From contig CAWEAL010000003.1 in the NCBI GenBank assembly GCA_963807035.1, positions 569,782-633,781 on the forward strand: DNA of 64,000 nucleotides, in the 5' to 3' direction. The notes below the pieces were generated by a model. That model was not told the origin of the DNA. It searched no databases and saw nothing but the letters and a program-made list of their open reading frames with translations. Both the position numbers and the translations under genes were made by a program. The DNA comes from an uncultured Chloroflexia bacterium. Its GTDB lineage: Bacteria > Chloroflexota > Limnocylindria > Limnocylindrales > CSP1-4. Below are positions 41,435 to 50,625 of the stretch, piece after piece (the stretch's first letter is position 1; the number at the start of each line of letters is the position of its first letter).

Positions 41435-42319
41435 TCAGGCCTCCGTCCAGCGATGGGGCCGCGCCCGGAGGCGATCGAGGCCGAGCTCGTCGCAGAAGGC
41501 GTGCCAGGCGGCTCGCGGGGTGCCGGCCCAGCGCAGCTCGGAGGGAGCAATCTGCGGGATCGGCGCGTCCGGGCGGAGGCGGGCCAGGGTCCGGTACAGG
41601 AGCACCTCGCGCCAGCGCGCCTGCAGCGTCGCCGCCAGCGACGCGGCGCCGCGGACGGGAACGTCCCAGGCCGCCGCGTCCGCCGGGATCGACTCGAGCG
41701 AGCCGTAACGGGCCAGGACCACCGCGGCCGATCGGGCGCCCCAGCCCGGCAGCCCGGGGTAGCCGTCGGCGGCATCGCCGACGAGGGCCAGCCAGTCGGG
41801 GATCGAGGCCGGCTCGACGCCCCACTTCGTCCGGACGCCGTCCTCGTCGTAGGTGATCCGCCGGCGGCGGTCCCACAACACGACCCGCCCGCCCCGGACG
41901 CACTGGGCGAGGTCCTTGTCCGGCGTGCACACGAGGATCCGGTCGACCTCGTCGAGGCCGGCGAACCGGGCGACCGCCGCCGCGATCGCGTCGTCCGCCT
42001 CGAACTCGACCATCGGCCACGATACGAGCCCGAGCGCCTCGATCGCCCGTTCTGCGATCGGGAATTGGGCGAGCAGCTCGGGCGGCATCCCGGCGTCGGT
42101 CTTGTAGCCGCCGAAGAGATCGTTGCGGAACGAGGCGATCACTCGGTCGGTCGCGCAGCCGACGTGGGTCGCGCCCTCCTCCCGGAGGAGGTAGAGGAGC
42201 TGCTCGACCAGGCCGGCCACGGCCGACAGGGGCCGGCCGCCCCGGCCGAGGACCGGCGGCCTCGGTGCGAAATGGGCCCGGAAGAGCTCGTAGGTTGCGT
42301 CGACGAGATGGAGCTCCAC
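41435..42319 (-). CDS. Stand-alone 5'-3' exonuclease / flap endonuclease
   Basis: LVDATYELFR, SFRNDLF..YK, FEADD, DKDLAQ, LALVGDAADGYPGLPGWG. Confidence 0.92.
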   Translation of the reverse strand: MELHLVDATYELFRAHFAPRPPVLGRGGRPLSAVAGLVEQLLYLLREEGATHVGCATDRVIASFRNDLFGGYKTDAGMPPELLAQFPIAERAIEALGLVSWPMVEFEADDAIAAAVARFAGLDEVDRILVCTPDKDLAQCVRGGRVVLWDRRRRITYDEDGVRTKWGVEPASIPDWLALVGDAADGYPGLPGWGARSAAVVLARYGSLESIPADAAAWDVPVRGAASLAATLQARWREVLLYRTLARLRPDAPIPQIAPSELRWAGTPRAAWHAFCDELGLDRLRARPHRWTEA

Positions 42320-42331
42320 GGGCGTCTGCGA

Positions 42332-42916
42332 TCAGGCCGGCGCGGGCGGCCGGCCGGCCAGCGTGATCGCCTCGATCTCGAGCAGGTCGCGCAGGCGCTC
42401 GAGGTCGGCCTGGAAGACCCGCCCGAGGAGCGGCGCCTGGACGACCGCGGCGAGGTTGGGCAGGATCGGCGGGACGAGGGTCTCGTCCCAGGTGACCCGG
42501 GTCCGTCCACCGTCGAGGGCATCGAGGTGGAAGTGGCCCGTCCCCTGGAAGCGGCCCTCGTGGCGGATCGCGTAGTCGTGGGGCGGCAGGAACTCGGTCA
42601 CCTCGACCGGGTCCTCGACCCCGATGCCCATGATCCGGACCAGGGCGGCGGCGCGGGTTCCGACGCCGACCGGTCCGGGCGTCTCGACCCGGACCCACTT
42701 CAGGTCGACCATCCATTCCGGCTGGCGCTCGATGTTGGCCAGCCGGACCCAGACCTGTTCGATCGGGGCTCCGATCTCGATCGTGCTCCGGATCGGATCG
42801 GGCAGGGCGGCCGGATCGCCGGCTCTGCGCCGGCCACCGAGCCAGCGGTCGACGGCCCAGGCCAGGCCGAGGCCGGCGGCGGCCAGGGCGGCGATCCGGA
42901 CGAGCCAGCGGATCAT
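42332..42916 (-). CDS. SRPBCC family protein with an N-terminal membrane anchor
   Basis: IEIGAPIEQVW, PEW, GVGTR, TRVTW, DLERLR. Confidence 0.82.
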   Translation of the reverse strand: MIRWLVRIAALAAAGLGLAWAVDRWLGGRRRAGDPAALPDPIRSTIEIGAPIEQVWVRLANIERQPEWMVDLKWVRVETPGPVGVGTRAAALVRIMGIGVEDPVEVTEFLPPHDYAIRHEGRFQGTGHFHLDALDGGRTRVTWDETLVPPILPNLAAVVQAPLLGRVFQADLERLRDLLEIEAITLAGRPPAPA

Positions 42917-43536
42917 CGAGCGGCGCCCGGCTCAAGGGCCAGCTCGACACCGGCGGCGGCCATCTCTGCCAATGCCCGCTCGCCATCGCCGGGGGCAAGG
43001 TCGACCGGGCGGATGCCGGCCAGCAGGACCCGGGTCCGATAGCCCAGCCGGACGGCGTCCAGGGCGGTCGCGCGGATGCAATAGTCGGTCGCCAGCCCAG
43101 CGATCGCGACCCGCCTGACACCGGCCGCCCCGAGCAGCCCGTCGAGCTCGGTCGGCGACTCCCGTCCGGATTCGGGGTCGCGCATCGTGAAGCCCGAGTA
43201 GCCATCCTCTCCGGCGCTGCCCTTGCGCACGACCGGGCCGTCGACGAGGAGGCCGGGATGGAGCTCGGCGCCCCACGTGTCCATCACGCAGTGGACCGGC
43301 CAGATCCCGCCGTCGCGGGCGAAATGTGGAGTGGTCGGCGGGTGCCAGTCCTGGGTGTAGACGACGACGGCGCCCGCCCGGCGGGCCGCTCCGACCTGGT
43401 CGTTCACGAACGGGATGATGGCCGCCCCACCCTCGATCGCCAGGCTCCCGCCGGGATCGGCGAAGTCGTTCTGGACATCGATCACCAGGAGGGCGGTGGC
43501 CGGGTCATATGGCGGGTCAGGCGGCTGGCTGGTCAC
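42913..43536 (-). CDS. pncA: Nicotinamidase (isochorismatase family)
   Basis: IDVQNDF, QDWHP, WPVHCV, RKG, YSGF, GLATDYC. Confidence 0.92.
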   Translation of the reverse strand: MTSQPPDPPYDPATALLVIDVQNDFADPGGSLAIEGGAAIIPFVNDQVGAARRAGAVVVYTQDWHPPTTPHFARDGGIWPVHCVMDTWGAELHPGLLVDGPVVRKGSAGEDGYSGFTMRDPESGRESPTELDGLLGAAGVRRVAIAGLATDYCIRATALDAVRLGYRTRVLLAGIRPVDLAPGDGERALAEMAAAGVELALEPGAAR

Positions 43537-43636
43537 CTGGGGAGGCTACCGCAGTCGGCCGAACCAGTCGCGGGCGGCGCGATCGCGACCCACCCCCAAC
43601 CACACGATCAGCCTCGATGGGCTACCCTCCCGGCAG

Positions 43637-46333
43637 ATGTACCTCGACGAGTTCAAGCAGCAGCTGCCCGATCGCGACGAGCGCGAAACTGCCGACTGGC
43701 TCGAGTCGCTCGACCAGGTGGTCGGCGAGGAGGGCGACAACCGCGCCCGGTTCCTGATGTACAAGCTGCTCAAGCGCGCCCGCCAGCTCCGGGTCGGGCT
43801 GCCGCCGCTGACCCAGACCCGCTACATCAACACGATCAGCCCGGAACAGGAGCCGTTCTTCCCGGGCGACGAGGTGATCGAGCATCGGATCCGGCGGATC
43901 GTCCGCTGGAATGCGGTTGCGATGGTCCTCCGGGCGAACAACCGCTTTCCGGGAATCGGCGGTCATCTGTCGACCTACGCCTCGGCGGCCAGCCTGTACG
44001 AGGTCGGTTTCAACCACTTCTTCCGGGGCAAGGACGGCCCGGACGGGGGGTCCGGCGACCAGGTCTTCTACCAGGGCCACGCTGCTCCCGGGATGTACGC
44101 CCGAGCCTTCCTCGAGGGGCGCCTGAGCGCGGACCAGCTCGACCACTTCCGGCGCGAATCGGTCCCCGGGCAGGGCCTGTCGTCCTATCCCCATCCCCGG
44201 TTGATGCCCGACTTCTGGGAGTTCCCGACCGTCTCGATGGGCCTCGGTCCGATCAGCGCGATCTACCAGGCCCGGTTCAACCGCTACCTCGCCAACCGGG
44301 GCCTGGCCGATAGCTCGGGCTCACGAGTCTGGGCCTTCCTGGGTGACGGAGAGATGGACGAGCCCGAATCGCTCGGGGCCCTGTCGCTGGCGGCCCGCGA
44401 TGGCCTCGACAACCTGACCTTCGTCGTCAACTGCAACCTGCAGCGCCTCGACGGGCCGGTGCGAGGCAACGGCAAGATCATCCAGGAGCTCGAGTCGGTC
44501 TTCCGGGGCGCCGGGTGGAACGTGATCAAGGTGATCTGGGCGCGCGAGTGGGACGACCTGCTCGCCCGGGATACCGAGGGCGTCCTCGTCGACAAGATGA
44601 ACGAGACCGTCGACGGCGAGTTCCAGAAGTACTCGGTCGCCGGCGGGGCCTACATTCGCGAGCACTTCTTCGGCCCGGATCCGCGCCTGCGCAAGCTCGT
44701 CGAGCACCTCAGCGACGACGACCTGGCCAAGCTCCGGCGGGGCGGCCACGACTACCGCAAGGTCTACGCGGCCTACAAGGCGGCCACCGAGTTCGGCGAC
44801 GGCCCGACCGCAATCCTGGTCCATACGATCAAGGGCTGGACCCTTGGCCCGGGTGTCGAGGCTCGCAACATCACCCATCAGGCCAAGAAGCTCTCGGAGC
44901 AGGAGCTGCTCGTCTTCCGCGACCGGCTCGAGCTGCCGATCCCGGACGCAAAGCTGAAGGAGGCGCCCTACTACCACCCCGGCCCGAGGTCCGAGGAGGT
45001 CGAGTACCTCAAGGAGCGGCGGGCGGAGCTGGCGGGCTTCCTGCCCCGGCGGGTCGTCCGGGCCCGGCTGTTCAGCGGCGTGTCGCCGACGATCGATGCG
45101 GAGTTCGCGGCCGGCAGCGCGACCCCGGTCAGCACGACGATGGTCTTCGCCCGGCTGCTCCGCAACCTGATCCGTGACCCAGAGCTCGGGCGGCGGATCG
45201 TACCGATCATCCCCGACGAGGCACGCACATTCGGGCTCGACCCCCTGTTCAAGGAGGTCGGCATCTACGCCGCCCACGGCCAGCGCTACGAGCCCGTCGA
45301 CTCGGAGCTGCTGCTGTCCTACCGGGAGTCGAAGGACGGCCAGGTCCTCGAGGAGGGAATCACGGAGTCGGGCTCGATGGCCAGCTTCCAGGCCGCCGGC
45401 ACGGCCTACGCCACCCACGGCCTGGCGATGATCCCGTTCTACATCTACTACTCGATGTTCGGCTTCCAGCGGACCGGCGATCAGACCTGGGCTTTCGCCG
45501 ACGCCCGTGGGCGCGGTTTCATGGTCGGTGCCACCGCGGGTCGCACGACCCTGACGGGGGAGGGCCTCCAGCACGACGACGGCCACTCCCACCTGCTCGC
45601 CTCGACGATCCCGAACATCCGGGCCTACGACCCCGCCTACGCCTACGAGCTGGCCGCCGTGATCCGTGAAGGGATCGAGCGGATGTACGTCCGTGGCGAG
45701 GACGTCTACTACTACATCAGCCTGTACAACGAGAACTACCCGATGGCGCCCAAGCCGGAGGGCGTCGACGAGGGGATCGTCCGGGGCATCTACCGTTTCT
45801 CGGGTCCGCCCGATGCGGTGGCCGGCGATGCGCACGCCCAGCGGGTCCGGCTGGTCGGCAGCGGCTCGATCCTCCAGCAGGTGATCGCTGCCCAGGCGGT
45901 CCTGGCCGATCGTTTCGGGGTGGCCGCCGAGGTCTACAGCGCCCCGTCGTTCCAGCTCCTGCGCCGGGAGGCGCTCGAGGTCGAGCGTTGGAACCGGCTC
46001 CATCCGGACCAGCCGCCACGCGTTCCGTACGTCAGCCAGGTCCTCGGCCCGGACGGTGGGCCGGTCGTGATCGCCACCGACTGGCTGAAGGCGGTGCCCG
46101 ACCTCGTCGCCCGCTGGTTGCCCCACGACTACGTCTCGCTCGGCACCGAAGGATTCGGCCGGAGCGATACCCGCGAGAATCTCCGGGCGCTGTTCGAGAT
46201 CGATCCGCCGGCGATCGCCGCAGCCGTCCTCGCGTCCCTGGCCCGCTGTGGAGGGCTGACCGCGAAGCGAGCCACCAAGGGCATCCGCGAGCTGGGCATC
46301 GACCCCGACAAGCTGGACCCGGCGGCGCTGTAG
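43637..46333 (+). CDS. aceE: Pyruvate dehydrogenase E1, homodimeric type
   Basis: ETADWLES, GGHLSTYAS, YPHPRLMPDFW, GDGEMDE, NCNLQRLDGPV, YSMFGFQR, GEGLQH, GFGRSD. Confidence 0.97.
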   Translation: MYLDEFKQQLPDRDERETADWLESLDQVVGEEGDNRARFLMYKLLKRARQLRVGLPPLTQTRYINTISPEQEPFFPGDEVIEHRIRRIVRWNAVAMVLRANNRFPGIGGHLSTYASAASLYEVGFNHFFRGKDGPDGGSGDQVFYQGHAAPGMYARAFLEGRLSADQLDHFRRESVPGQGLSSYPHPRLMPDFWEFPTVSMGLGPISAIYQARFNRYLANRGLADSSGSRVWAFLGDGEMDEPESLGALSLAARDGLDNLTFVVNCNLQRLDGPVRGNGKIIQELESVFRGAGWNVIKVIWAREWDDLLARDTEGVLVDKMNETVDGEFQKYSVAGGAYIREHFFGPDPRLRKLVEHLSDDDLAKLRRGGHDYRKVYAAYKAATEFGDGPTAILVHTIKGWTLGPGVEARNITHQAKKLSEQELLVFRDRLELPIPDAKLKEAPYYHPGPRSEEVEYLKERRAELAGFLPRRVVRARLFSGVSPTIDAEFAAGSATPVSTTMVFARLLRNLIRDPELGRRIVPIIPDEARTFGLDPLFKEVGIYAAHGQRYEPVDSELLLSYRESKDGQVLEEGITESGSMASFQAAGTAYATHGLAMIPFYIYYSMFGFQRTGDQTWAFADARGRGFMVGATAGRTTLTGEGLQHDDGHSHLLASTIPNIRAYDPAYAYELAAVIREGIERMYVRGEDVYYYISLYNENYPMAPKPEGVDEGIVRGIYRFSGPPDAVAGDAHAQRVRLVGSGSILQQVIAAQAVLADRFGVAAEVYSAPSFQLLRREALEVERWNRLHPDQPPRVPYVSQVLGPDGGPVVIATDWLKAVPDLVARWLPHDYVSLGTEGFGRSDTRENLRALFEIDPPAIAAAVLASLARCGGLTAKRATKGIRELGIDPDKLDPAAL

Positions 46334-46566
46334 CGCTCCGCTGCCGCCCGCCAGGCGCCTGGACGCAGGGTTCGCCGGGGGCAGACGGCGCGGGTTCGTC
46401 GGAATGTCGCCCCCCGACGGCGTTGTGGAGGATCTCGGACCGATCGGCGCCCGCCGCCCGCCGCAGGCCGGCCGAGGGTTACCCGTAGTGCGCCTGCGGC
46501 CGGCATCGGTTCGCCGTCAGCACCGACGGGGGCAACAGCCTCCGGCCGGGCAGGGTCCCGCTCGGC

Positions 46567-47346
46567 CTACCTGATCAGGTAGATCACGCTGACGGTGATC
46601 GTCACGTCGTTTGTGCCGACCTGGATCGGGGTCGCCACCTTGGCCGAATCCGGCGCGGCGCCGGCCGCCCCGTAGTAGACCGGCCCGGGAATCGGCGCGG
46701 ACGTCTCGCTGATCGATGCGACGCCCGCGATCGAGATCCCGGCGGCGGTCGCCAGCGTGTCGGCCTTCGACCGGGCCTCGGCCATCGCGGCCTGCCGGGC
46801 CTGGGACTCCGCCGCGGCCTCATCGCTCACCCGGAAGGTGACGCCGTCGAGCGAGGTCGCCCCGGCGGCCAGCCCGTTGTCGATCGCGTCGCCCAGCTTG
46901 TCCAGGTCGCGGACCGTGACGGTCACGCTGTTCGACATCTGGAAGCCGGTGATCCGCGGCGGGTTCGTGCCGTTCGAGTAGTCGTAGGTCGGCTGGAGCG
47001 AGACGTTCGAGGTCTGGATGTCCTTGTCGTCGATGCCCAGCGCCTTGATCGCGGCGAGGACCTTGGTCATCGCGCTCGCCGCATCGGCCCGGGCGGCCTT
47101 GACCGTCGTGCGGCTGACGAGCACGCCCAGGTGGAGGTCGGCGACGTCGGGCTTGAGGGTGACCGTGCCGGTGCCCGAGACGCTGATCGTGTGCTCAGGG
47201 GTCGTGGCTGTCGGATCGGCCGCCGCGGCAGGGCGCGGACTGAGGGCCGGCATCGAGGTGGCCGCGAGGAAGAGGCTGACCCCGATCCCGGCGGCGATCA
47301 GCCGGGCGCGCGGGCCGGGGGTCGGGATCGTCAGGGTGGTCGACAT
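46567..47346 (-). CDS. SIMPL domain (DUF541) exported protein
   Basis: ISVSGTGTV..PDVA, IQTSNVSLQP, VTVRD, AMAEARSKA; signal peptide. Confidence 0.9.
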   Translation of the reverse strand: MSTTLTIPTPGPRARLIAAGIGVSLFLAATSMPALSPRPAAAADPTATTPEHTISVSGTGTVTLKPDVADLHLGVLVSRTTVKAARADAASAMTKVLAAIKALGIDDKDIQTSNVSLQPTYDYSNGTNPPRITGFQMSNSVTVTVRDLDKLGDAIDNGLAAGATSLDGVTFRVSDEAAAESQARQAAMAEARSKADTLATAAGISIAGVASISETSAPIPGPVYYGAAGAAPDSAKVATPIQVGTNDVTITVSVIYLIR

Positions 47347-47468
47347 CTCGGATGTGCTCCTGTCGGACTGCCGGCGGTGCTGGCCGGTCTGATCCCGAGA
47401 CGGCAGCGCCCGGTGATTGGTTCCCGGGCATGATGGCCCGAACGCCCTTCAAGTCGAGGTTGGCCGCC

Positions 47469-47819
47469 ATGGAAGTCCACCAGCTGAACGACGTCTCCAC
47501 CGCCCGGGCCGCCGCGGGCGAGCCATGGCTGGAGTTCCTCCGCCATCCGGCCCTGAGCGTCGGCCTGTATGTCCTCGACCCGGGCGAGCCCGACCGGCAG
47601 TCGCCGCACACCGAGGACGAGATCTACTACGTCGTCGAAGGCCGCGGCCGGATCACCGTCCGCGACGAGGAGCGGCCGGTCGGACCCGGCGCCGTGATCT
47701 ACGTCGCGACCGCCGCGCCCCACCACTTCCACGACATCGCCGAGCGGCTGACCCTGCTCGTCGTCTTCGCCCCGGCCGAGGGCTCACTCGCGCCCGATCA
47801 GGGCGCCTCGGCCGGCTGA
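47469..47819 (+). CDS. Cupin domain protein
   Basis: QSPHTEDEIYYV..G and PHHFHD cupin motifs. Confidence 0.88.
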   Translation: MEVHQLNDVSTARAAAGEPWLEFLRHPALSVGLYVLDPGEPDRQSPHTEDEIYYVVEGRGRITVRDEERPVGPGAVIYVATAAPHHFHDIAERLTLLVVFAPAEGSLAPDQGASAG

Positions 47820-48541
47820 CCTCCGCCCAGCATCTCGGCCAGGCGGAGGGCGCGCAGGGCGGATGTCCCGTCCGCATCGTGGCGGAAGAAGACGAAGGCA
47901 TCGTCGCCGGCGGCCAGGAACGGCTCGATCCGGGCCGCCCAGCCGGCCAGGGCCGCCTCGTCGTAGGTGGTCCGGCGCAGGCGGAGGTAGAGGAAGCTGC
48001 CGGTCCGACGGACCGTCGGCGGCTCGGCCAGCTCGTCGAGGTCGGTCGCGCACAGGACGGCCCCGATCGACGCCAGCACGGCGAACGTCTCGTCGACGTG
48101 CCACGACGCGTGCTGGAACTCGAACGCCAGCGGGATCTCCCGGGGCCACCGCTCGACGAGCGCAGCCAGCCGGCCGTCATCTCGGCGGATCTCCTCGGGG
48201 ACCCGGAACAGGACGGTCCCCAGCCGCTCCCCGAACCGGCGCAACGGGCCCGTCAGCCAGGGCACGGAGGTGGCCGGATCGACGGCCAGGGCCCGCAGGC
48301 TGCCGCCACGCTGGGCCTTGACCGCGAACCGGAACGAGGGCGGCGTGGCCGCGATCCAGCCGTCGATCGCGGCTCCTGTCGGGCTGCGGTAGAAGGTGTT
48401 GTTCAGCTCGCAGGCCGGCAGGCGCGCGGCGTACGCGCGGAGCAGGTCGCGATCGGGCAGGCCGGCGGGGTAGAAGCGCGGCGACCAGTCGCGATAGGCG
48501 AAGCCGCTCGTCCCGACGAGGAGCCGGCCGGCAGCGGTCAG
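47798..48541 (-). CDS. DUF72 family protein (probable CTG start)
   Basis: In-frame upstream of the listed ORF: LLVGTSGFAYRDW..FYP, ELNNTFYR, FAVKA; then EFQHASW, YLRLR, FVFFRH. Confidence 0.88.
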   Translation of the reverse strand: MTAAGRLLVGTSGFAYRDWSPRFYPAGLPDRDLLRAYAARLPACELNNTFYRSPTGAAIDGWIAATPPSFRFAVKAQRGGSLRALAVDPATSVPWLTGPLRRFGERLGTVLFRVPEEIRRDDGRLAALVERWPREIPLAFEFQHASWHVDETFAVLASIGAVLCATDLDELAEPPTVRRTGSFLYLRLRRTTYDEAALAGWAARIEPFLAAGDDAFVFFRHDADGTSALRALRLAEMLGGGQPAEAP

Positions 48542-48545
48542 GCGG

Positions 48546-49058
48546 CTACTCGGTCGGGGTGCAGACCGGCCTGCCGTCCGCCCGGACGCGCTCGTCGATC
48601 GCCTGGAACGTCGCCGTCAGCACCTCCAGGTCGCCGTCGGGCACGACGTCGAGGAAATACTGGGCGATGCCGTTCAGGTGGGTCCGGGCCGCGGCCCGAA
48701 GACGGGCAAGGCCGGCGTCGGTCAGGACGGCCAGGGCGCCCCGGCCGTCGTCGGTGCAGGTCGAGCGAGTGATCAGGCCGTCCGCCTCGAGCCGGTCGAT
48801 CAGCCGGGTGACGCCGCTCCGGCTGAGGAAGATCCCGGTCGCCAGCTGGTTCATCCGGAGCGATCGGCCGGGCGCCTCGGCGACCTGGAGGAGGGCTGAA
48901 TACTCACCGAGGGTCAGTCCCTGCTCGGAGCGCAGGTCCTCGTCGAGCCGGCGGGTCAGGAGCGCATGGGCGCGCAGGAACGCCCGCCACGTCTCGAGGC
49001 GTGGATCGTGGGCGCTCAGCCTCGCTGGATGCTCCTCTTCGAGCCTGATCGCAGACAT
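48546..49058 (-). CDS. MarR family transcriptional regulator
   Basis: WRAFLRAH, EYSALL, LRMNQLA, SRSGVTRLIDRLE..GL, DGRG, LTDAG. Confidence 0.93.
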   Translation of the reverse strand: MSAIRLEEEHPARLSAHDPRLETWRAFLRAHALLTRRLDEDLRSEQGLTLGEYSALLQVAEAPGRSLRMNQLATGIFLSRSGVTRLIDRLEADGLITRSTCTDDGRGALAVLTDAGLARLRAAARTHLNGIAQYFLDVVPDGDLEVLTATFQAIDERVRADGRPVCTPTE

Positions 49059-49086
49059 GGCGGCATTCTACCCTGAAACGCAACTC

Positions 49087-49100
49087 GTTGACATCGCAAC
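49087..49100. promoter_or_regulatory. Putative MarR operator, GTTG-N6-CAAC
   Basis: GTTGACATCGCAAC, with an overlapping CAACTCGTTG, in an AT-richer patch about 30 bp upstream of marR, over its -35 region. Confidence 0.5.
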
Positions 49101-49200
49101 AATCGAGGCCGCGCCGGATCCGAACCAGCCCTGACCCGCGGCACCAGGATTCGGCGTCCCCTTGGCGCGAGGAGTTGCCCGATACGTCGCAGGGGCTGGG

Positions 49201-49701
49201 CTATGCCTGGCCGATGGCCTCGGTCAGCCAGGGGAGCGGCGTGACGCCGTCATCCTCGTAGGCGTTCGCGAACGACCAGGTGGCGCCGTCGGCCCGGTCG
49301 ACCCAGTCGTTGAACAGCCGCTCGATCGCGTCCATCCCGGCCGACAGGGGCAACGTGAACGAGGAGAGCTCCTGCTCGCGCCCGTCGAGCGTCCCGCCCA
49401 GGGCGACCACCCCGGGCACGAGCTCGGCGTCGACCCGGCCCGCCAAGTCGAGACCGGGATACCAGACCTGGACGCACAGGTTGCCGCCGTGCTCCTCGAC
49501 CTGGTACAGGCTCGACTGGGGGTCGATCACGAAGACGTCGCCCGAGGCCAGGCCGTCGAGGATGCCCGGCGAGGCGAGCAGCCGATAGCGGCCCTCGCCG
49601 AGGATCTCGACCGGGACCTCCTCGAAGACGGGCTGGCCGGAATCCTTGAGGGTCGCCAGGAGGCGGACGGTCGGCTGGTTCGGCCCCGGCGTGCTGGTCA
49701 C
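49201..49701 (-). CDS. DUF4265-like protein
   Basis: EEVPV..LGEGRYRL..SPGILDGLASGDV, GGNLCVQV; GACAAT-N6-GTG start. Confidence 0.72.
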   Translation of the reverse strand: MTSTPGPNQPTVRLLATLKDSGQPVFEEVPVEILGEGRYRLLASPGILDGLASGDVFVIDPQSSLYQVEEHGGNLCVQVWYPGLDLAGRVDAELVPGVVALGGTLDGREQELSSFTLPLSAGMDAIERLFNDWVDRADGATWSFANAYEDDGVTPLPWLTEAIGQA

Positions 49702-49758
49702 AGTTCCATTGTCGTCGATCCGCGGCGGATCGCGCCCGGGGCTGGCTATGCTGCTCGG

Positions 49759-50625
49759 GTGACGCAGCTCGCCGGTTTCGGGGCCCAGAGCATGACCGCG
49801 CCGCTCCGGGACGTGCTCGTGAAGCGACCCGGTCCGGCGTTCGGCCGGGCCTTCGACGACCCGCAGCACGGCTTCCTGCACCCGGTGAACCTGGCCGTCG
49901 CCCAGCGCGAGCACGACGCGTTCGTCGAGCTGCTGGCCAGCCTCGGTCCGACGGTCCACGAGCTCGGCCGGGAGACCGACAGCCCGGACCTCGTCTACCA
50001 GTTCGACCCGCTCCTGGTCACCGATCGGGGCGCGATCCCGCTCCGGGCGGGCAAGCCGAATTGGCGGGGCGAGGAGCTGGTCGTCGAGGCCTGGGTGAAC
50101 GCCCACGGGATCCCGACCTTCGGCCGAATCGAGGGGCCGGCGACGATCGAGGGCGGCGACACGTTCTGGCTGCGCCCCGACCTCCTGTGCGTTGGCCGCA
50201 CGCTGCGCACGAACGACGACGGAGCCGGACAGCTGGCCGGCCTCGTCGGGGGCGATCTCCGGGTCTTCGACCTGCCGTACTGGCGCGGGCCGGCCGAGCT
50301 GGTCCATCTCCTGTCGGTGATCTCACCCGTCGCCGACGACCTCGCCGTCGCCTACCTGCCGCTCCTGCCGGTCGCGCTCTGGCAGCTCCTGGCCGACCTG
50401 GCGATCCGCCTCATCCCGGTCAGCGAAGCCGAGTTCCCGACCCTCGGCTGCAACGTCCTCAGCGTCCGCCCCGGGGTCGTGATCCTGGCCGAGGGCAACC
50501 CGGCGACGGCCGCCGCCCTGGCCAGGGCCGGCTGCGAGGTCTACGAGTACGCCGCGACCGAGATCGGCCTGAACGGATCCGGCGGGCCGACCTGTCTGAC
50601 CCGCCCGCTGCGGCGCGACACGTGA
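49759..50625 (+). CDS. Amidinotransferase superfamily (DDAH/arginine deiminase-like) hydrolase
   Basis: AQREH, IEGGD, RTN, VHLLS, GCN, GGPTCLTRPL. Confidence 0.9.
   Translation: MTQLAGFGAQSMTAPLRDVLVKRPGPAFGRAFDDPQHGFLHPVNLAVAQREHDAFVELLASLGPTVHELGRETDSPDLVYQFDPLLVTDRGAIPLRAGKPNWRGEELVVEAWVNAHGIPTFGRIEGPATIEGGDTFWLRPDLLCVGRTLRTNDDGAGQLAGLVGGDLRVFDLPYWRGPAELVHLLSVISPVADDLAVAYLPLLPVALWQLLADLAIRLIPVSEAEFPTLGCNVLSVRPGVVILAEGNPATAAALARAGCEVYEYAATEIGLNGSGGPTCLTRPLRRDT

Noticed and set aside
46405-46537. Imperfect 15-bp inverted repeat downstream of aceE as a MITE
   Set aside because: Several mismatches, no target-site duplication, no second copy seen in the window.
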